Shown here one piece after another: positions 38,457-52,300 of a stretch of 64,000 nucleotides of DNA. The number at the start of each line of letters is the position of its first letter. Within the stretch, counting starts at the first letter, position 1. The translations under genes and the position numbers were made by a program. This DNA comes from Camelus dromedarius. Its lineage: Eukaryota. The notes under the pieces were generated by a model, which did no database searches, was not told where the DNA came from, and saw only the letters and a list, made by a program, of their open reading frames with translations. The DNA lies in contig NC_087436.1 of assembly GCF_036321535.1 (NCBI RefSeq), forward strand, positions 94,614,001 through 94,678,000, written 5' to 3'.

Positions 38457-41453
38457 TAAAAACGGAAATTTAATTGGTGCTGTAATTTATACAAATTATG
38501 AATAACTTAGAGAAAAAAACAGGTAGAATAAATTATTATGAATTCTTTGTTTGAAGAACTTTTGGTGATTAAAGTCGAGTAAGCTGCTTAATTTTCAGAA
38601 ATTCTTTCTCCACCATTGCCACTAGCCATTCTGCACAAGTCATTAAACAATGGCTTGTGGAGGCTAGAGTTTTAGTGAACAGTAATTAAAAGCTCTGACT
38701 CTGAAGTCAGAAAGTTGGAGTGATGTTATATTCCTCAGTTTCCTCATCTGGAAAAAGATAATAATGTTATCTATTGCATTATTGTCAGAATTGCACACAG
38801 CATGAGAGCTGGCACATCAAAAATGCTCAGTTATTGCTGGCTAGTTACTATGAGGCTTTATTTTAGACAGTCTCTGATGATCTATCTGCTCTGCTTACAA
38901 GTAATTGGTGGACAGTCATCCATAATTTCATGGAAGTTGCTGCTTATGTGATTTCCAGTATTTGGGTGGAGAACTATTTATCAAAGCCAAGGACTCTGTG
39001 TTCTGTTTCTGTGTCATGTTTATTTAGTCATTAAGTAACCAGTGTCTGTCTTTGGCCTTATATTACTCAATATCTATGATTTAATTGTTGGAAATGATAT
39101 CTGGTCCCAAATTATGTTTGTAAGTATGGTCAGTCTTCCACTAGGGAGAGTAGGCCTCCACCCATATAGATCATTTTGTTCAGAAAATTGCATCCTAAAT
39201 TTTGTCCCTTGTTCAAATACAAAGACCTTGTTTTCTATAATTTTAGGGTAAGATTTCTATGTTTTTATACTGTGCTTTCAAACTACCGCTAAATATAATC
39301 TCTCTTCATTCTTATCATCTGGATCTAACTGATCTTATGCCATCTCAAAACTTTTGCCCTAGCCCTAGATAACTATATCCAAGAGCTGAAAAGTCTATGT
39401 GAGGTTTCCATTTCCAGCTTCTTCCCATTTCAATTCATGTTGGATGCTACAAAAGTATATCATCAAAAATATCAATTTATTCATGAAAACCTCTCCTTAA
39501 ACTTCCCCAGAGTTTCACTTTAGATGTGAACCGTCATGCCCTTAGCTTGGAGTTAGAGGAGACTCTAGAATTACATGTTTTAAATATCATAAAATCATTT
39601 GTTGGAATGCGACATACTTTTGGCCGACCACACTGTGATATCATAGCACCTAAAAGTTTAGCCAAGTATTTTACTTTCAAATAAACTACTATGTGTTGAG
39701 GATGGTTCTAAATGGAATTGGAGCAGCTAATTTTGACTCTTCAATAGTGGAGGGTCTGGAGTCAAAATATCCTGATTTTTTTTTCTCTTAATTATGTAAT
39801 ACTACGTCCTTTTGTCATCCTTTCAGAGCCCCTGGTGATAACCTAACCTGCGTGGCTTTATTGTCTTAGAGTATTTTATTTAATGTAAAATATCTATATA
39901 TGCACTTAAAGTAGTAGGTAGAGTTTTATTGCTAAAGAAGACTCATAGGACTTAAAATGGCAATGCTTACAAATGTAGTTTATTACAGGAAAAGAATATG
40001 TAAATTGCATTAAAATAAATTGCATCACAGCAAAGGTTGCCTCACTCTAAAGGGTCCTGAGAGGCCAGCTCAGGCTGCTTTGTTCACCCTCTATGAGTTG
40101 AGGCCAGATGTAGTTTCTCCCAGAGCAGGAACCACTGATGTGATCACAGGATACCATGGAGGCAGAAAGCCCACAATGGGGTCTTAGGTGCAGTTTTTTA
40201 TATTTGCTGGTCACACAGACATATTCCTGCAACAGGAGAGCTGAGCCCAGATGTAAAACATTGATCTCCCTGATATTAGTAACCCAATGTTGACAAAGTG
40301 GTGCCAACCACAACCACCCGAAACTCCTTGGACCCATGGTTACAAAATACTATTTCTTAATGTTTCATGTCTTGACCATGGGTCAGTGCCATGCAAGAAC
40401 TTTAGGAAAATAGTTCATATTGATTCCTGGCCTGTTGGAATTGACTGTCTCTGTAGAGTCCACCACCTTGATCCGTGGTCAAGAGCCTTCTACAATTAAA
40501 CAATTATCCTTAGTTTGACAGAAATTAATTTGCCTTACAATTGAAAAGCAAATGGATTCTAAACATTCGCAATAACCAGTGAGGAGTTGGTATAGAACTA
40601 AACCATTCATTAATACCAGCATAAATTTTCTTGTATTTTTATACTGATTTTATAATACATCTTCCTCCCTGATCTATAGCTATCTGAACTTTAAGGTACA
40701 CATCTGCTGAATGATTAAAAACCATAATCAATCTATCATTAATCAAGTCTACATCTTCCTTAGGCTAATTATCCTGCATAGGAAAAATTTCACATGAAAC
40801 AAAAATCAAACGACATCACCATATTAGTATTTTTCTATATAGTCAGCTTCCCTTTTTTCATTCATTTTGAGAATGCAGACTGCTTCTGGAAGTATGTTTA
40901 TTTTTCATTCAGCTCACGTCTTGGCTTTTCAAAAGAGGAAAAGGTTTTGTCAGGGTCCTTCTCCACAACAGGTATCTGAGTCAAGCTAAGACAGAATGTT
41001 ATTCTCTTGTTGTAAGTCTCATCAGAATTGTTGAATTTTCCCTTTAATAAAGCTCACTTATTGGCTCCTTTCCTCTCAGCAATGACTTCACTTTTCTTTC
41101 ATTAGTCATTAATTTTAATCCAGACCTTTCCCCTGAAGTAGAACCCTCTGGTTCAACCACTGGGCTAGTCTATATGGCTGATAGCAAGATGAGACATGGG
41201 TGGACTTCCCTTGCAATCCATTCCCTAGTGGTAGGGGCTCAGATTGGATAAGTAGAGAAAATGAGTCTATCCTGACCACTAGGCAACAAAACATTTGCAC
41301 AATTAGCCCCATTGCGGCAAAGTAGGGGGAGAGATAATCTATCCCACCAATCTCTTTGGATTTCTTGCATTAGGTTCAAATTAATAGACACAGTATTTTG
41401 TTTTAGATTATCATCCTCTGGAGCCCTAGTCAAGGGACTACTGATTTGGCATT

Positions 41454-41786
41454 TGTTATGGACTTAATTTTGCGTACCCTGCAAATTCAAATGTTAAACC
41501 CTACCCCCAATGTGATGGTGTTAGGAGGTAAGGTATTTGGGAGATAATTAGGATTAGATGAGGTCATGAGGGCAGAGTTCTCATAAATGGGATCAGTGAC
41601 CTTACAAAAGTTATGAGGGAACTTGCTGGTCCCTCTTCTCTACCTTGTAAGGATACAGTTTGCACCCTGAAGGAGGGTCCTCACCAGAGTCTGACCATGC
41701 TGGCATTGTGATCTCCAACTTCCAGAACTGTTGTTTGTAAACCATCTAGTCCAAGATACTTCACTATATCAGCCTAAACAGACCAA
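41454..41786 (+). mobile_element. MLT1A-type MaLR solo LTR nested in the ERVL remnant
   Basis: TGTTATGGACTTAAT...GGATTAGATGAGGTCATGAGGG. TSD GCATT at 41449-41453 and 41787-41791. Confidence 0.85.
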
Positions 41787-42398
41787 GCATTGGAGAAGAA
41801 AATTGTGGTAAACTATGGAAGTCTTGTCTTTAAATTTCTGTATCATTTCCCACTCTTTTTTCCCTACTTCCACTGTAAAAGCATAACAGCTTATCTAATG
41901 GAGACCTACTTTAGTCATCCTCATGTTAAGTTGCAAAATACAAGCTAGGGATCTATGGTCCAATCCTTCAATCCACTATCATCCCTACATCTTTAAAGTA
42001 GTTGTTGGGTTTAGTCCAATTGTCTATTAATCTACTACTTTGAGGGTGATCAGGAATATAGTTAAGTCCAGTCCATTGAATGTGATGTTTCTTTGCCCAT
42101 TGTAGCATTATGTGGGTAGGGAATTGAATGCCTTGATCCAAGAAAATGTAACTAGGAGGGCCAAACAGGTATAATATTACTGTTTTAGCTTTTTGATAGT
42201 ATTTAAAGCATTAGTCACTAGGTGTGCAAAGCCAAACCCAGAATACGTATCAAATTCTGTCAATATCCATCTAGATTCCCCACGGCAATAGATAAAGGGT
42301 CAGTATTATCTACTTGCCAGCTATGGGCTGGACCTGAGAATAATTTCCAGGACTAATCGCAAACATTGCCTTTTCTGTTAGCAAACAGAATAATAATT

Positions 42399-42493
42399 AT
42401 TATTATTTGTTTTGATTTACTGGGGATTGAACCCAGAACCTCATAAACGCTAAGCACTCGCACTGCCACTGAGCTATACACCCCCACACCACC
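42399..42493 (-). mobile_element. Short tRNA-Ala-derived SINE or tRNA retrocopy
   Basis: TACTGGGGATTGAACCCAGAACCTC...GCTAAGCAC...CCACTGAGCTATACACCCCC, flanked by CAGAATAAT at 42386 and 42494. Confidence 0.75.
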
Positions 42494-43659
42494 CAGAATA
42501 ATTATTGTTAACAGTTTGAGCTTCAGTAAGGGCCACTGGGATATTTGTCATATGGCCCATTGCTACATGGTTTGAATTACTGCATGTCTACTGATTCATA
42601 GACCCAGGTTGCCGCGTACAGAGGTCAAACTAAGGTATCGACTTGTTGATTCCTTGCATAAGGCCTCTTTAGGGAACATCAACATGTCCCACTTTGGTTT
42701 GCCCTTACAATTTACATAAAGATTTCCAAAGAGCAGGACCTCTTTTATCATCCAGTTATTTGTGGCCCATTTGCTAGACCAAATTGCAAATCCATTGGTC
42801 AAGAGTCCATATACACGCAAAGAGTAGGACATTTATTTGTATCTAATTCTTCCATCACTGCCAGGAACACAGTCTATAATTTAGCCCCCTGGACTAAGTT
42901 GTTCTTATCTTCCTTCATAAGAATTTTACCTTCTAGTGGACACCGAGCTTCAGCTTTCCATACTGATCCATGACCCTCAATTCTAGAACTGCTACCTGTG
43001 AACCAGGCTTAATATCCTTGAACAATTTGTTGAAGTGAGGGACCCAGTTCCACAACAGCAGCAGGCAAGACCTGGCTTAGGTAACTGTAAGAGCTCTCAT
43101 TTTATATCTTCAACTAGTGCTGACCAGAGGGTCGATGAATGTATTAGTCCTTCTTAAATTTTACCCAATAAGGGAGAAATTTCCATTCAAACATACCTAT
43201 ACCAATTATACATTCAAATAGGGGAGATAATTCCACAATATACATTTAAAAAATCACACGTTCTAAATTTTAACCGTATTTTAATTTTCATTTCATTTAC
43301 AGTAGCATTCCATACCTCTTGAATTAATTTACCCTAAGGTGCTGATTAGCCAACCTAACCAGTATTGTTAATTGTGCTTCCATATTCAATGAATCTAAAA
43401 GTTTATTCTTTACCCCCAGGCTATTTTATCTAAGCTTGGTGCTTGTCTGAGATATCAAAGCTGAATATGGGGGAAGATCTAAACAATCATCCTGAGCTGA
43501 ATTCTGTAAGAAACAAGAACTCATAAAGCGGTGATTGGATGAAATACCCTCTAGAAATTTTTGAATTAGGAGTGGAGGTTGCATATGCCACTTGACTATC
43601 CATTAATTATACCTTTGGGTGTCTTATTGATAGGAAGGGATTCTCAAAGATTTTGAGTG

Positions 43660-44356
43660 TGTAAAGTGGTAACAGGATTTGATCAGAGAAACAGTACCAC
43701 TGGGAATATTATAGTTTTTGTTATAGGGATTTGACCTTACACAATTGCGGAAACTGGTTAAATAGCTTATGGCTGGCTTTTGCTTCTATGTCTGGTGCTG
43801 GTCCTGATGCCAGCATGGCAAGAAGTTGAGAAGGAAAGATAGACATGAAGTGGGAAAGAACAAAGACAAGCTGGAACCTGTCTTGGTCCCTTACCACCTC
43901 TAAGCCAATAACTTCAGTGATGCAGAGGACCTGCTGAAGAAACTAGTATCCTTCATAATGAAGCTAAATGTATACCTGACCCAGGAGTAGAGTTGGAGAA
44001 ACTGAGGGAGGAGATGGACTTCTTGTGGACCTAGCTGCTGCCTCACACCTCATACCAAAGTGAGTTAAAAAAAAAAACAGTGGCAACATGTGTGAGCTGC
44101 AAAAGTACCTAATGCCTTGCACTTACTCTTTGAGTGAAAAGAAGATGACAATGGTGAGTTGTATGGTATGTGAATTGTCTCAAAAAAGCTGTTTTTTTTT
44201 TTTAAAAAAAAGACAGCTGCTGTTTCACTGCTGCCTTGTAAATCATGCACAAAATGTATCTTGTGGCCAGGCTAACTTGTAACTATGTAGGGAAGGCAAT
44301 TTCTGGGAATCACAGCTCCTGCTTAACTAAGTTAACACTGTACAAATCTTCCACAA
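43660..44356. mobile_element. LTR33-like ERVL LTR (opposite orientation to the 29.6 kb copy)
   Basis: Ends TTCTGGGAATCACAGCTCCTGCTTAACTAAGTTAACAC...AAATCTTCCACA. Confidence 0.6.
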
Positions 44357-44879
44357 ATATTTTGTTAGGTTATGTAAATTTTGTTTAAAAAATATAAACT
44401 TTGAAGCTGGGTGGAGAATCCATGGTCTAGCTCTAATGATGTCATCACTGGATATAAGTAAATGGTTCTCTACCAATATCTTTGCACTTTAAAAAATATT
44501 TATGTATACATCTATCAAAATTTATCAAATTGTATGTTTGAAATGTGTGTAGTTTACTGTACAGAAATTATACCACAATAAAATTTTTTTTAAAAAGGTA
44601 TATATATAAAAGAAACTATAGGATTAAATAACATTGTAAAGAGTCGACAAGTACTAAAAGTTACATTTGTAAATAATTATACTTTTTTGTCCCTAAGTAT
44701 ATTACAAACTATTTATTACTGTACCAGGAATCATTATTTTTCAAAAAGCAAATATAGCTTACAGCCTAGAGATCTTTCAGAAATCAAAGCAAACTAAAAC
44801 TAAGACTATTCAAATTCAGGTCATGAGATGACAGATAATTCTGGTAGATATTACATAAGTATGATGATAATGAATTTAG

Positions 44880-46790
44880 AAATTAAGTGACACATGAATT
44901 TTGCATAGATATATTTTTCAATTAGGGATAAAAATTCTTAAAAATGGGGGGGAAATAGTCTTTTCAACAAATGGTACTGGGACAACTAGGTCTCCACATG
45001 CAAAAGGAAGAACTTGGAACCCTAACTCACATCATACAAAAATTAATTCAAAATACATCATAGACCTAAGTATAAGAGCTATAGGGCTATAAAACTCCTG
45101 GAAGAAAATATATCTTCATGACCTCAGATTAGGCAATAATTTCTTAGGTATGACCCAAAAGCCAAAAAAAAAAAAAAAAAAAGATAAATTGGACTTCATC
45201 AAAATTAAAAACCTTTGTGCTTTGAAGGACACTATCAGGAAAGTGAAAAAATCCACTGAATAGGAGAAAATATTTGTAAATCATATCTCTAAGGGATATT
45301 TTATCGAGAATATGTAAAGAACCCTTTACAACTCAACAATAAAAAGACAATTTGATTAAAAAGTGGGTGAGAGATATAAAAAGACATTTCTCCAAAGAAG
45401 ATCTACAAATTGGCAATAAGCATATGCAAAGATGTCAAACATAATTAGTCATTAGGGAGATCTAAATCAAAAACACATTGAGATACCACTTCATACACAA
45501 TAAGATGGCTAAAATTTAAAAAAAGACAATAACAATTGTCAGTGAGAATGCAGAGAAATTGGAACTCTCACATATTGCCAGTGGGATGTAAAATAGTATA
45601 GCCACTTTGAAAAGTTTGATAGTTATTCAAAATGTTGAATTTAGAGTTACCATATGCCCCATAAATTCTCCTATTAGGTTAGAATAGTCAAATCCACATA
45701 AATAGAAAATGTATTAGTGGTTGCCAGGGACTGGACGAGGGAGGTGAAGGGGAAGAGACTCAGTGGTTATGGGGGTTCTTCTTGGAGTTACGAAAACATT
45801 TTGAAAATAGATAGTGGTAACAGTTGCACAAATCTATGAATACACTAAAAACAACTAAATTGTACACTTTAAAGGGTGAATTTTATGGTGTGTGAATTAT
45901 ATCTCAATAAAGCTATTAAACAATGAAAAAGAGCTCTTAGAGGAAATAGTAAATACTTGAAAGTTTAAATTTCATGTTTATGCCTATTGAATGTGTCTTC
46001 ATTATAATATTTAGACTTACTTCACCAAAGAGGATATATAGATGGAAAATAAGCACAAGGAAAGATGCTCAACATCATTAGCTATTAGGCAAATATACGT
46101 TAATATCACTATGGGATAACACCCCACACCTATTAGGATGCCTAAAACTGAAAAACTAACCATAGCAATTGTTGGTAAGAATATGGAGAAATTAACCCTC
46201 ACGAACTGCTGTGGGAATATAAAATGATACTTTGGAAGTTTGGCAGTTTCTTGAAAGTTAAATATACGCCTTCTATATAACCCAACAATTCCATTCCCAG
46301 ATATTTACCAAAGAAACATGAAAGCATATATTCATAGAAGACTTATACATATATGTTTCTAGTATTTAATAGCCAAAGGTTCGTGGATAAGCAAATCATG
46401 ATATATCCATACAATGGAATGCTATACAGCAATAAAAAGGAATGAACTATTGATACATGAAATAATAGGGATAAGTATGCTGGGTGAAAGAAGCTAGACA
46501 AAAAAGGAATATATATTGTATGAATCCACTTATGGAAGAGTCCAGAAAATGCAAAATAATCTGCAGTTACAGAAACTAAGATCAGCGACTGCATGGGGAG
46601 GAGGGAATGGGATGAAGAGAAGGGAGGGATTAACAAAAGCAACAATTGAGTGTGCAACATAAATTAGTTTTCTTGGTTGTGGTGATAGTTTTGTGGCTGT
46701 TTATGTATGTTCTTATCAAATTGTACTCTTTAAACATGTGCTGCTTATTTTAAGTTAATTTTATCTCAGATTGTTTTAAAAAAATCTTTA
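44880..46790 (+). mobile_element. Tandem old L1 fragments (ORF2 3' part and 3'UTRs; L1MB/MC/ME-type)
   Basis: TTTTCAACAAATGGTACTGGGACAACT and GGACTTCATCAAAATTAAAA. Two separate 3' termini at ~45920 and ~46780. Confidence 0.8.
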
Positions 46791-46949
46791 GCTTTTGCAG
46801 AAAGATATACAACTTCTGGGTGAAAAGTGGTACAGTTTTAGTGAGCCTCACTTCATACAACAGATTTATTTATGAAAACTTGTCATAAGCTAAATATGGG
46901 TAAACAAAGCATCATTTTTTAAGCATCAAGGAAGCTCTTTATGCAGAGA

Positions 46950-47600
46950 ATTCTTTTTTTTTTCTTTAAAATTAAAAAAGTTTACATACAAAATCGTGAG
47001 CGTGTGTACACTTCTATGAGATTTTATACAGGCATAGAGTCTTATAACCACCAACACAGACAGGCTACAAAACAATTCAACACTTGAAAGAATTTCCTTC
47101 CACTGCTCTTTTGTATTTAGGTCCTTTTCCACACCTAATCTTGGCTACCACTGACCTGTGTGCATTATAACTGTTTCTGTATTTTACCTTTTTTCAGAAT
47201 GTCATATAGATGGAAACATTTAGTATATAATCTTTTGATAGTGTTTTTTTTTTTTTTTGAGTTAAAGTACATTTATTCAGAGAGATGCACACTCTATGGA
47301 CAGAGTATAGGCTGTCTCAGAAGGCCAGAGAGGCTACAAGATGTGAGTGGGCATTTAAAGTAAAAGTAGATACATACTCCATAAAGTGTGAGCCATCTCA
47401 GAAGGCAGATTTTGGGTTCTTCCACTTAGCATAATGCATTTAATATTCATCTGTATTGTTGTATGTATCAATAATTCATTCTTGTTTATTGTTGAGTAGC
47501 ATTCCACTGTGTGAATGAGCTGCAATTTATTTATCCATTTATTTATTGAAGAACCATGAGATAGTTTTCAGTTTTGGACAATTACGTATAATAATTCTTA
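46950..47600 (-). mobile_element. Old L1 3'UTR interrupted by a poly(A)-tailed insert at 47244-47409
   Basis: CAGAATGTCATATAGATGGAA...[insert]...CTTCCACTTAGCATAATGC. Confidence 0.7.
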
Positions 47601-47785
47601 TACAGAGAATTATTTTACAAATTAAAAACTCTTTTTGCAGTGTGAATAATCATTATTTCCTTTAATACTTTGGTAAAATTTAGTCTTTAGTGTATCAAAC
47701 TTTCTTCAAGCAGGGTACCTTTGTGTGAATGGCACTATGAATACGTAACAAATACCCACTTCATATGGTAAGAAAGGCTTACTGT

Positions 47786-48000
47786 CAATGATATGGTAAA
47801 TGTTTAACAATTGACTGGGGGTGGGTTGGGGGGAGCAATCCTTGATTTGTAACATTTGCCAATTTCCATAGTGTACCTGTTCCTTCTCTGGCAATTTCAA
47901 GCTACCACTGTGGCATCACTGAACTTGAAGTTGGGAAGAAATGAGCACAATTGGCTTTCATAGGGAAGAAGCAATGTGAGTTGGTTCCAGCACAACACTA
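47786..48000. mobile_element. MER63-like hAT (Blackjack) element
   Basis: GGTAAATGTTTAACAA...TTTGCCAATTTCCAT...TTTCAAGCTACCA...GGTTCCAGCACAACACT. Confidence 0.7.
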
Positions 48001-48904
48001 ATTGTTGATAGTGTAACTTTAATAGACATATATAAAGTATAGTGGATATAGAATCAGAAATACAGTGTTGCAGCATGTACCTTCTGAAAAGCGGTTGGGA
48101 ACTTGTCAAACTTCTGATTTAGTTATTCATCTTTAGACCTAATATAATATATTGAACTCTTGATTACTAGGATGATCAACAGTGAGCTCTTCATAGATGA
48201 GTGAAAAGCAAGGTTAAATAAATTTTAAAATGTTATGCATGATATGAAAAACACCCAACAATAAACATGTTTTTGAGGAAATACAAGTTATGGAGCAATT
48301 TTGACAAAAGTAAAGAGAAAAATACAATAATCATAATGACCCAGTTTCAAAAACTATCAATATTGGTCTATCTGTATGGATAATGGTTCTTGCATCTTTA
48401 TCACCAGCCATTTTCCTCCTCCTGATTATTTTGAAGCAAATTCTAGCTACTATGTTTCATCTACAATATTTTACTGTGTGTCTCTAAAAGAAAATGATTC
48501 TATTTTTAACATAGCCACAATAGCATTACCATACAGAAATAATTTATAGACATTCCCTAATATCATCAAGTATAGAGTTAGTGTTCTCACCTTCCTGATT
48601 GTCTTACAAATGTTGAGTGTTTGAGAATAGAGGTCCAAATAAAGTCAATAAATTGTGACAGGTTCGATTGATTTTTTTACAAAAAAAATTTGTGCCTAAA
48701 GATTTTTAAACTTTTTTAATATTAAAATTCTCAAATTAATATACAAAAGTAGAAGAAGTAGTATAACAAAACTTAGCTTCAACAATATAGCACATGGTCA
48801 TATCCACTACACCTAGTATTAGAAAATTTTGAGGCAAATCCTAGGCCTCTTACCATTTTATCTGTAAATAATTCACTGTGTATAAGGAAAAAAAGAATCA
48901 TTTT

Positions 48905-49360
48905 TTAATACCATTTGCAGCAACATGGACGGACCTGGAGATCGTCATTCTCAGTGAAGTAAGCCAGAAAGAGAAAGAAAAATACCCTATGATATCACTC
49001 ATATTTGGAATCTAAAAAAAAGAAAAAAGAAAAAAGAGGATGCTAATGAACTCATCCACAAAACAGAAACAGACTCCCAGACATAGTAAACAATCTTATG
49101 GTTACTGGAGGAAAGGGGGTGGGAAGGAATAAATTTGGGAGTTTGAGATTTGCAAATGTTAACCACTACATATAAAAATAGATAAAAAACAAATTTCTTC
49201 TGTATAGCACAGGGAACTATATTCAATATCTTGTAATAACCTTTAATGACAAAGTATATGAAAATGAATATATGTATATACATATATGACTAGGACATTA
49301 TGCTGTACACCAGAAACTGACACATCACATTGTAACTGACTATATTTTAATAAAAAAAAT
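48905..49360 (+). mobile_element. Lineage-specific L1 3' end inside an older antisense L1MC-type tract (~48300-50350)
   Basis: CCATTTGCAGCAACATGGACGGACCTGGAG...TGTAACTGACTATATTTTAATAAAAAAAA. Confidence 0.88.
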
Positions 49361-52300
49361 TTTTGATCTAACAAAACTATTATCATGTCTTTAAAAAAAT
49401 CAGTATTTCTTTAATGTCATATCTCCCCAACTTTCTCCAAATTTTTTTAGCAGTTGGTTTACAAGTTCCACGTATTATATTAAGTTGTTGTTGCTTGAGT
49501 CTCTTTTCATCTATAGGTTTTTTCACCATTTTTAAATTTTTTGCAATTCATTTGTTGAAGAAACTTGGTTTGCCTTTAACATTTTAGATTTTGCTGTTTG
49601 TATCCCTATGGTATTATGTTTGATCTGATTCAGGTTAGGTTTCTTTTGGCAAAAATACTTCATAAGTCGCAATGGGTATTCCTATTACATCTTAATAAGA
49701 GGCTCCTAATGTCTGGTTATCTGTCTTTTTGTGATATTAAGATTAATCAGTGGGTTTAGGCTAATTAGATTGTCAGCTTGATCAGTCTATTATCTTTTCA
49801 CATAAGGGTGTTTGCAGCCATTAATAATTAGGGGTTGCTAAATGGTGATACTCTAACTCAATCATTTCTTCTTTTTTTTTAGCTGGAATTATGCTATAAA
49901 GAAAATCTATCCTTCACCAATTATTTATTCTGAGGTATAGTTCATATAGTATAGACTAGACAAATGCATGATTCTTTCCAATTAATATTTTCAGAATGGG
50001 CTAGTTGACTAGCATCTTCCAAAGGCAATCAAAAATGTTTTAATATATTTGATATATTGCAAGTCAAAGATTATTTTGCTTTTTGTTTCTCAAACTGACA
50101 AATCTTCAGTCAGTGGGAGCCCCTTCAAGTCGAGTCCTAAGTTCTTCTGCCATAATTTTGGTAGCTTTGATAGCATCATGATGTAACAAGATGTTTCATG
50201 TTCATCTTGCACATTTCTTGCTTCCAACTTGCAAGGAACCCTGGTTTCTGTCAGTGTGAACTGGTTTTCAGAGACCATCATCTGGGTGCTCATTGCCTCT
50301 GAGCTGGTTATCGTTTCTAAGTCTTTTCAATGGTCTACAGATTTTTAATGTGTAGTGGAGGGAAATTCTGAGATTTAGTCTGAATAGAAAGGGTAGAAAT
50401 TAGAGATCTGGCTACAGGTGGCAAAAAACTAGAGATTATGTTATCTTTCCACCATGTACCATCATTTTGTCCCTTTAAATATGCATTAAATCTTAAGAAA
50501 ATCGCAATTAACATTAATTACTCAGATTTATTTGGATTTTTAATTAAAAATTATGAAATTACTTATCTGACACTTTTAGTATTTTAAACCACTTACAATA
50601 AACTTCGTGGGTAGCAACTTTTCTATTAAAACATTTTTTAGGTACTATGGAAACAAGTTGTCCTATTGTTAAAACTCAGGCCACTTCTCAGTCAGTATGC
50701 TCCTCTTTTTCCTTTTTACATTCCCCACAGATTCATTTGGCTCTAATTTTCTCTTTAAAGGCATTCCTCCAGGTATTGAATGGGAAGGGGAATGAGGGAG
50801 TCTTTGGAAATATTTTATTTTTTGATCTAGGTAGTGGTTACATACATATTTACATATGTGTAAATTCAAGTTGTGTATTTAAGACTTTCCATGTGGATTC
50901 CCAGTTGTCCCAGCACCAGCACTCCACACAATGATTTGCTCACAGAAGGCATCAGTTTAACTGAACTGAACCAAGATTGCAGCAGCAGGACTTGACCTTC
51001 TATAAGTGCTCGATAGGTGTTTATTATTGTTGCTGACAATGATGACTATTTGTGGACTCTGAACTTTCTTCATGGTCCGAGAACATTTTTCCTGGATGTC
51101 AGTTACCTAATGATTAACTAAAACTAGTAACTTAAATACACAGTTATTCCAAATTAGTACTTTCTCTTTTTGTCCTTGAGATTTAAAACTCAAAATGGAA
51201 GATTTGGGCAGGAAATGGAAAATGTTTTCTTTCTACAGGGGGCCACATTCATGATTTTGGTGTTATCATCAAAATATTGGTTGTAGTTAACTGTGCTATA
51301 ATGCCTCTCGTTTCCTTTTCACCTTTTTCCTGCTTTAAATAAGCTTGCCTGTGCCTCCTCCTCCAAGAGTTTGCTCACACATAATATTCCCTTTCAGCCC
51401 CCAGCCAGTTGAATCAGGGGTCAACTAAGCTGGGCCAAATGGCTTTTCTCTCCCCAGAATTCAGCATTGGGATTTAGAAACCCCAGATATCTCTTTTGAC
51501 TGCTTGAACTGAAGATAATATACAGCTGGTGTGGGTATGCACTGCATATGCATTTGTGCATGTATGTGGTAATGGGCGGTTGTCTAAGGCCCTGCTATGT
51601 ACCATGTAGTAGCACTTGACTCTTGGGAATCTTTTTACCATTCCAAACAGCAGAAATGCAGACTGCCCCACCACCCAGCTGACACCTCCCTCTCTTAGCT
51701 TTACTTACTCTCTCTTGTCTCATGTCTCTAGCAGCATCAGGTCAATGGTTTGGCAATTTTTAGACCAGAGGCTATCACCAATTCTCAACTAACTGAAGAC
51801 AGTAATTGTTCAGAGGATTCAAGCACCCCTACTTCATTAGTGGTTCTTTTGGTGACTCCCTCCTCAGTCTTAGAGAAGGGGGAAATTCTCTACCCTCTCT
51901 CTTAATGTAAAGAGAAAGAATAACCTCTCTTTAGAACACTGCATTCCCCCAAAAGGCAACTTTCACGTGTTTCTATCTTCCTCTTATGGGAAGGAGGGGA
52001 TAATAGTGAGTAATGATGATTTTCTTAACAGGTACCTCTCACTGGTCCCGATGGGGAAGGGATATAGACTCCAAAAGCTGATGCTTCTTCAAACATGGAA
52101 TGGGTTAGAGAAGGGCAGGTAGTCTTTAGCATAGTATGTTCTTAGCTTTGGGCTCAAAAACAGGATCCTGTTTCACTTAAAATGAAACAATCCCCGACAT
52201 AGATAATGATATGAGCTGGACTCCTTTCCAATGCTGTTTCATATGATTAGTAGCATTAGTGCATTGTTTCTGGCAGTGACTTGCAAATATTTGTATAAGA

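Larger units (their letters stand above)
39830..43110 (-). mobile_element. Ancient ERVL-class element: MER21-like LTR plus decayed pol (RNaseH and integrase)
   Basis: Minus strand gives NGFAIWSSKWATNNWMIK (~42750-42800, RNaseH-like) and SWQVD...WILTEFDTYSGFGFA (~42225-42322, integrase). The LTR-like part carries GCTGGTCACACAGACA. Confidence 0.65.
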
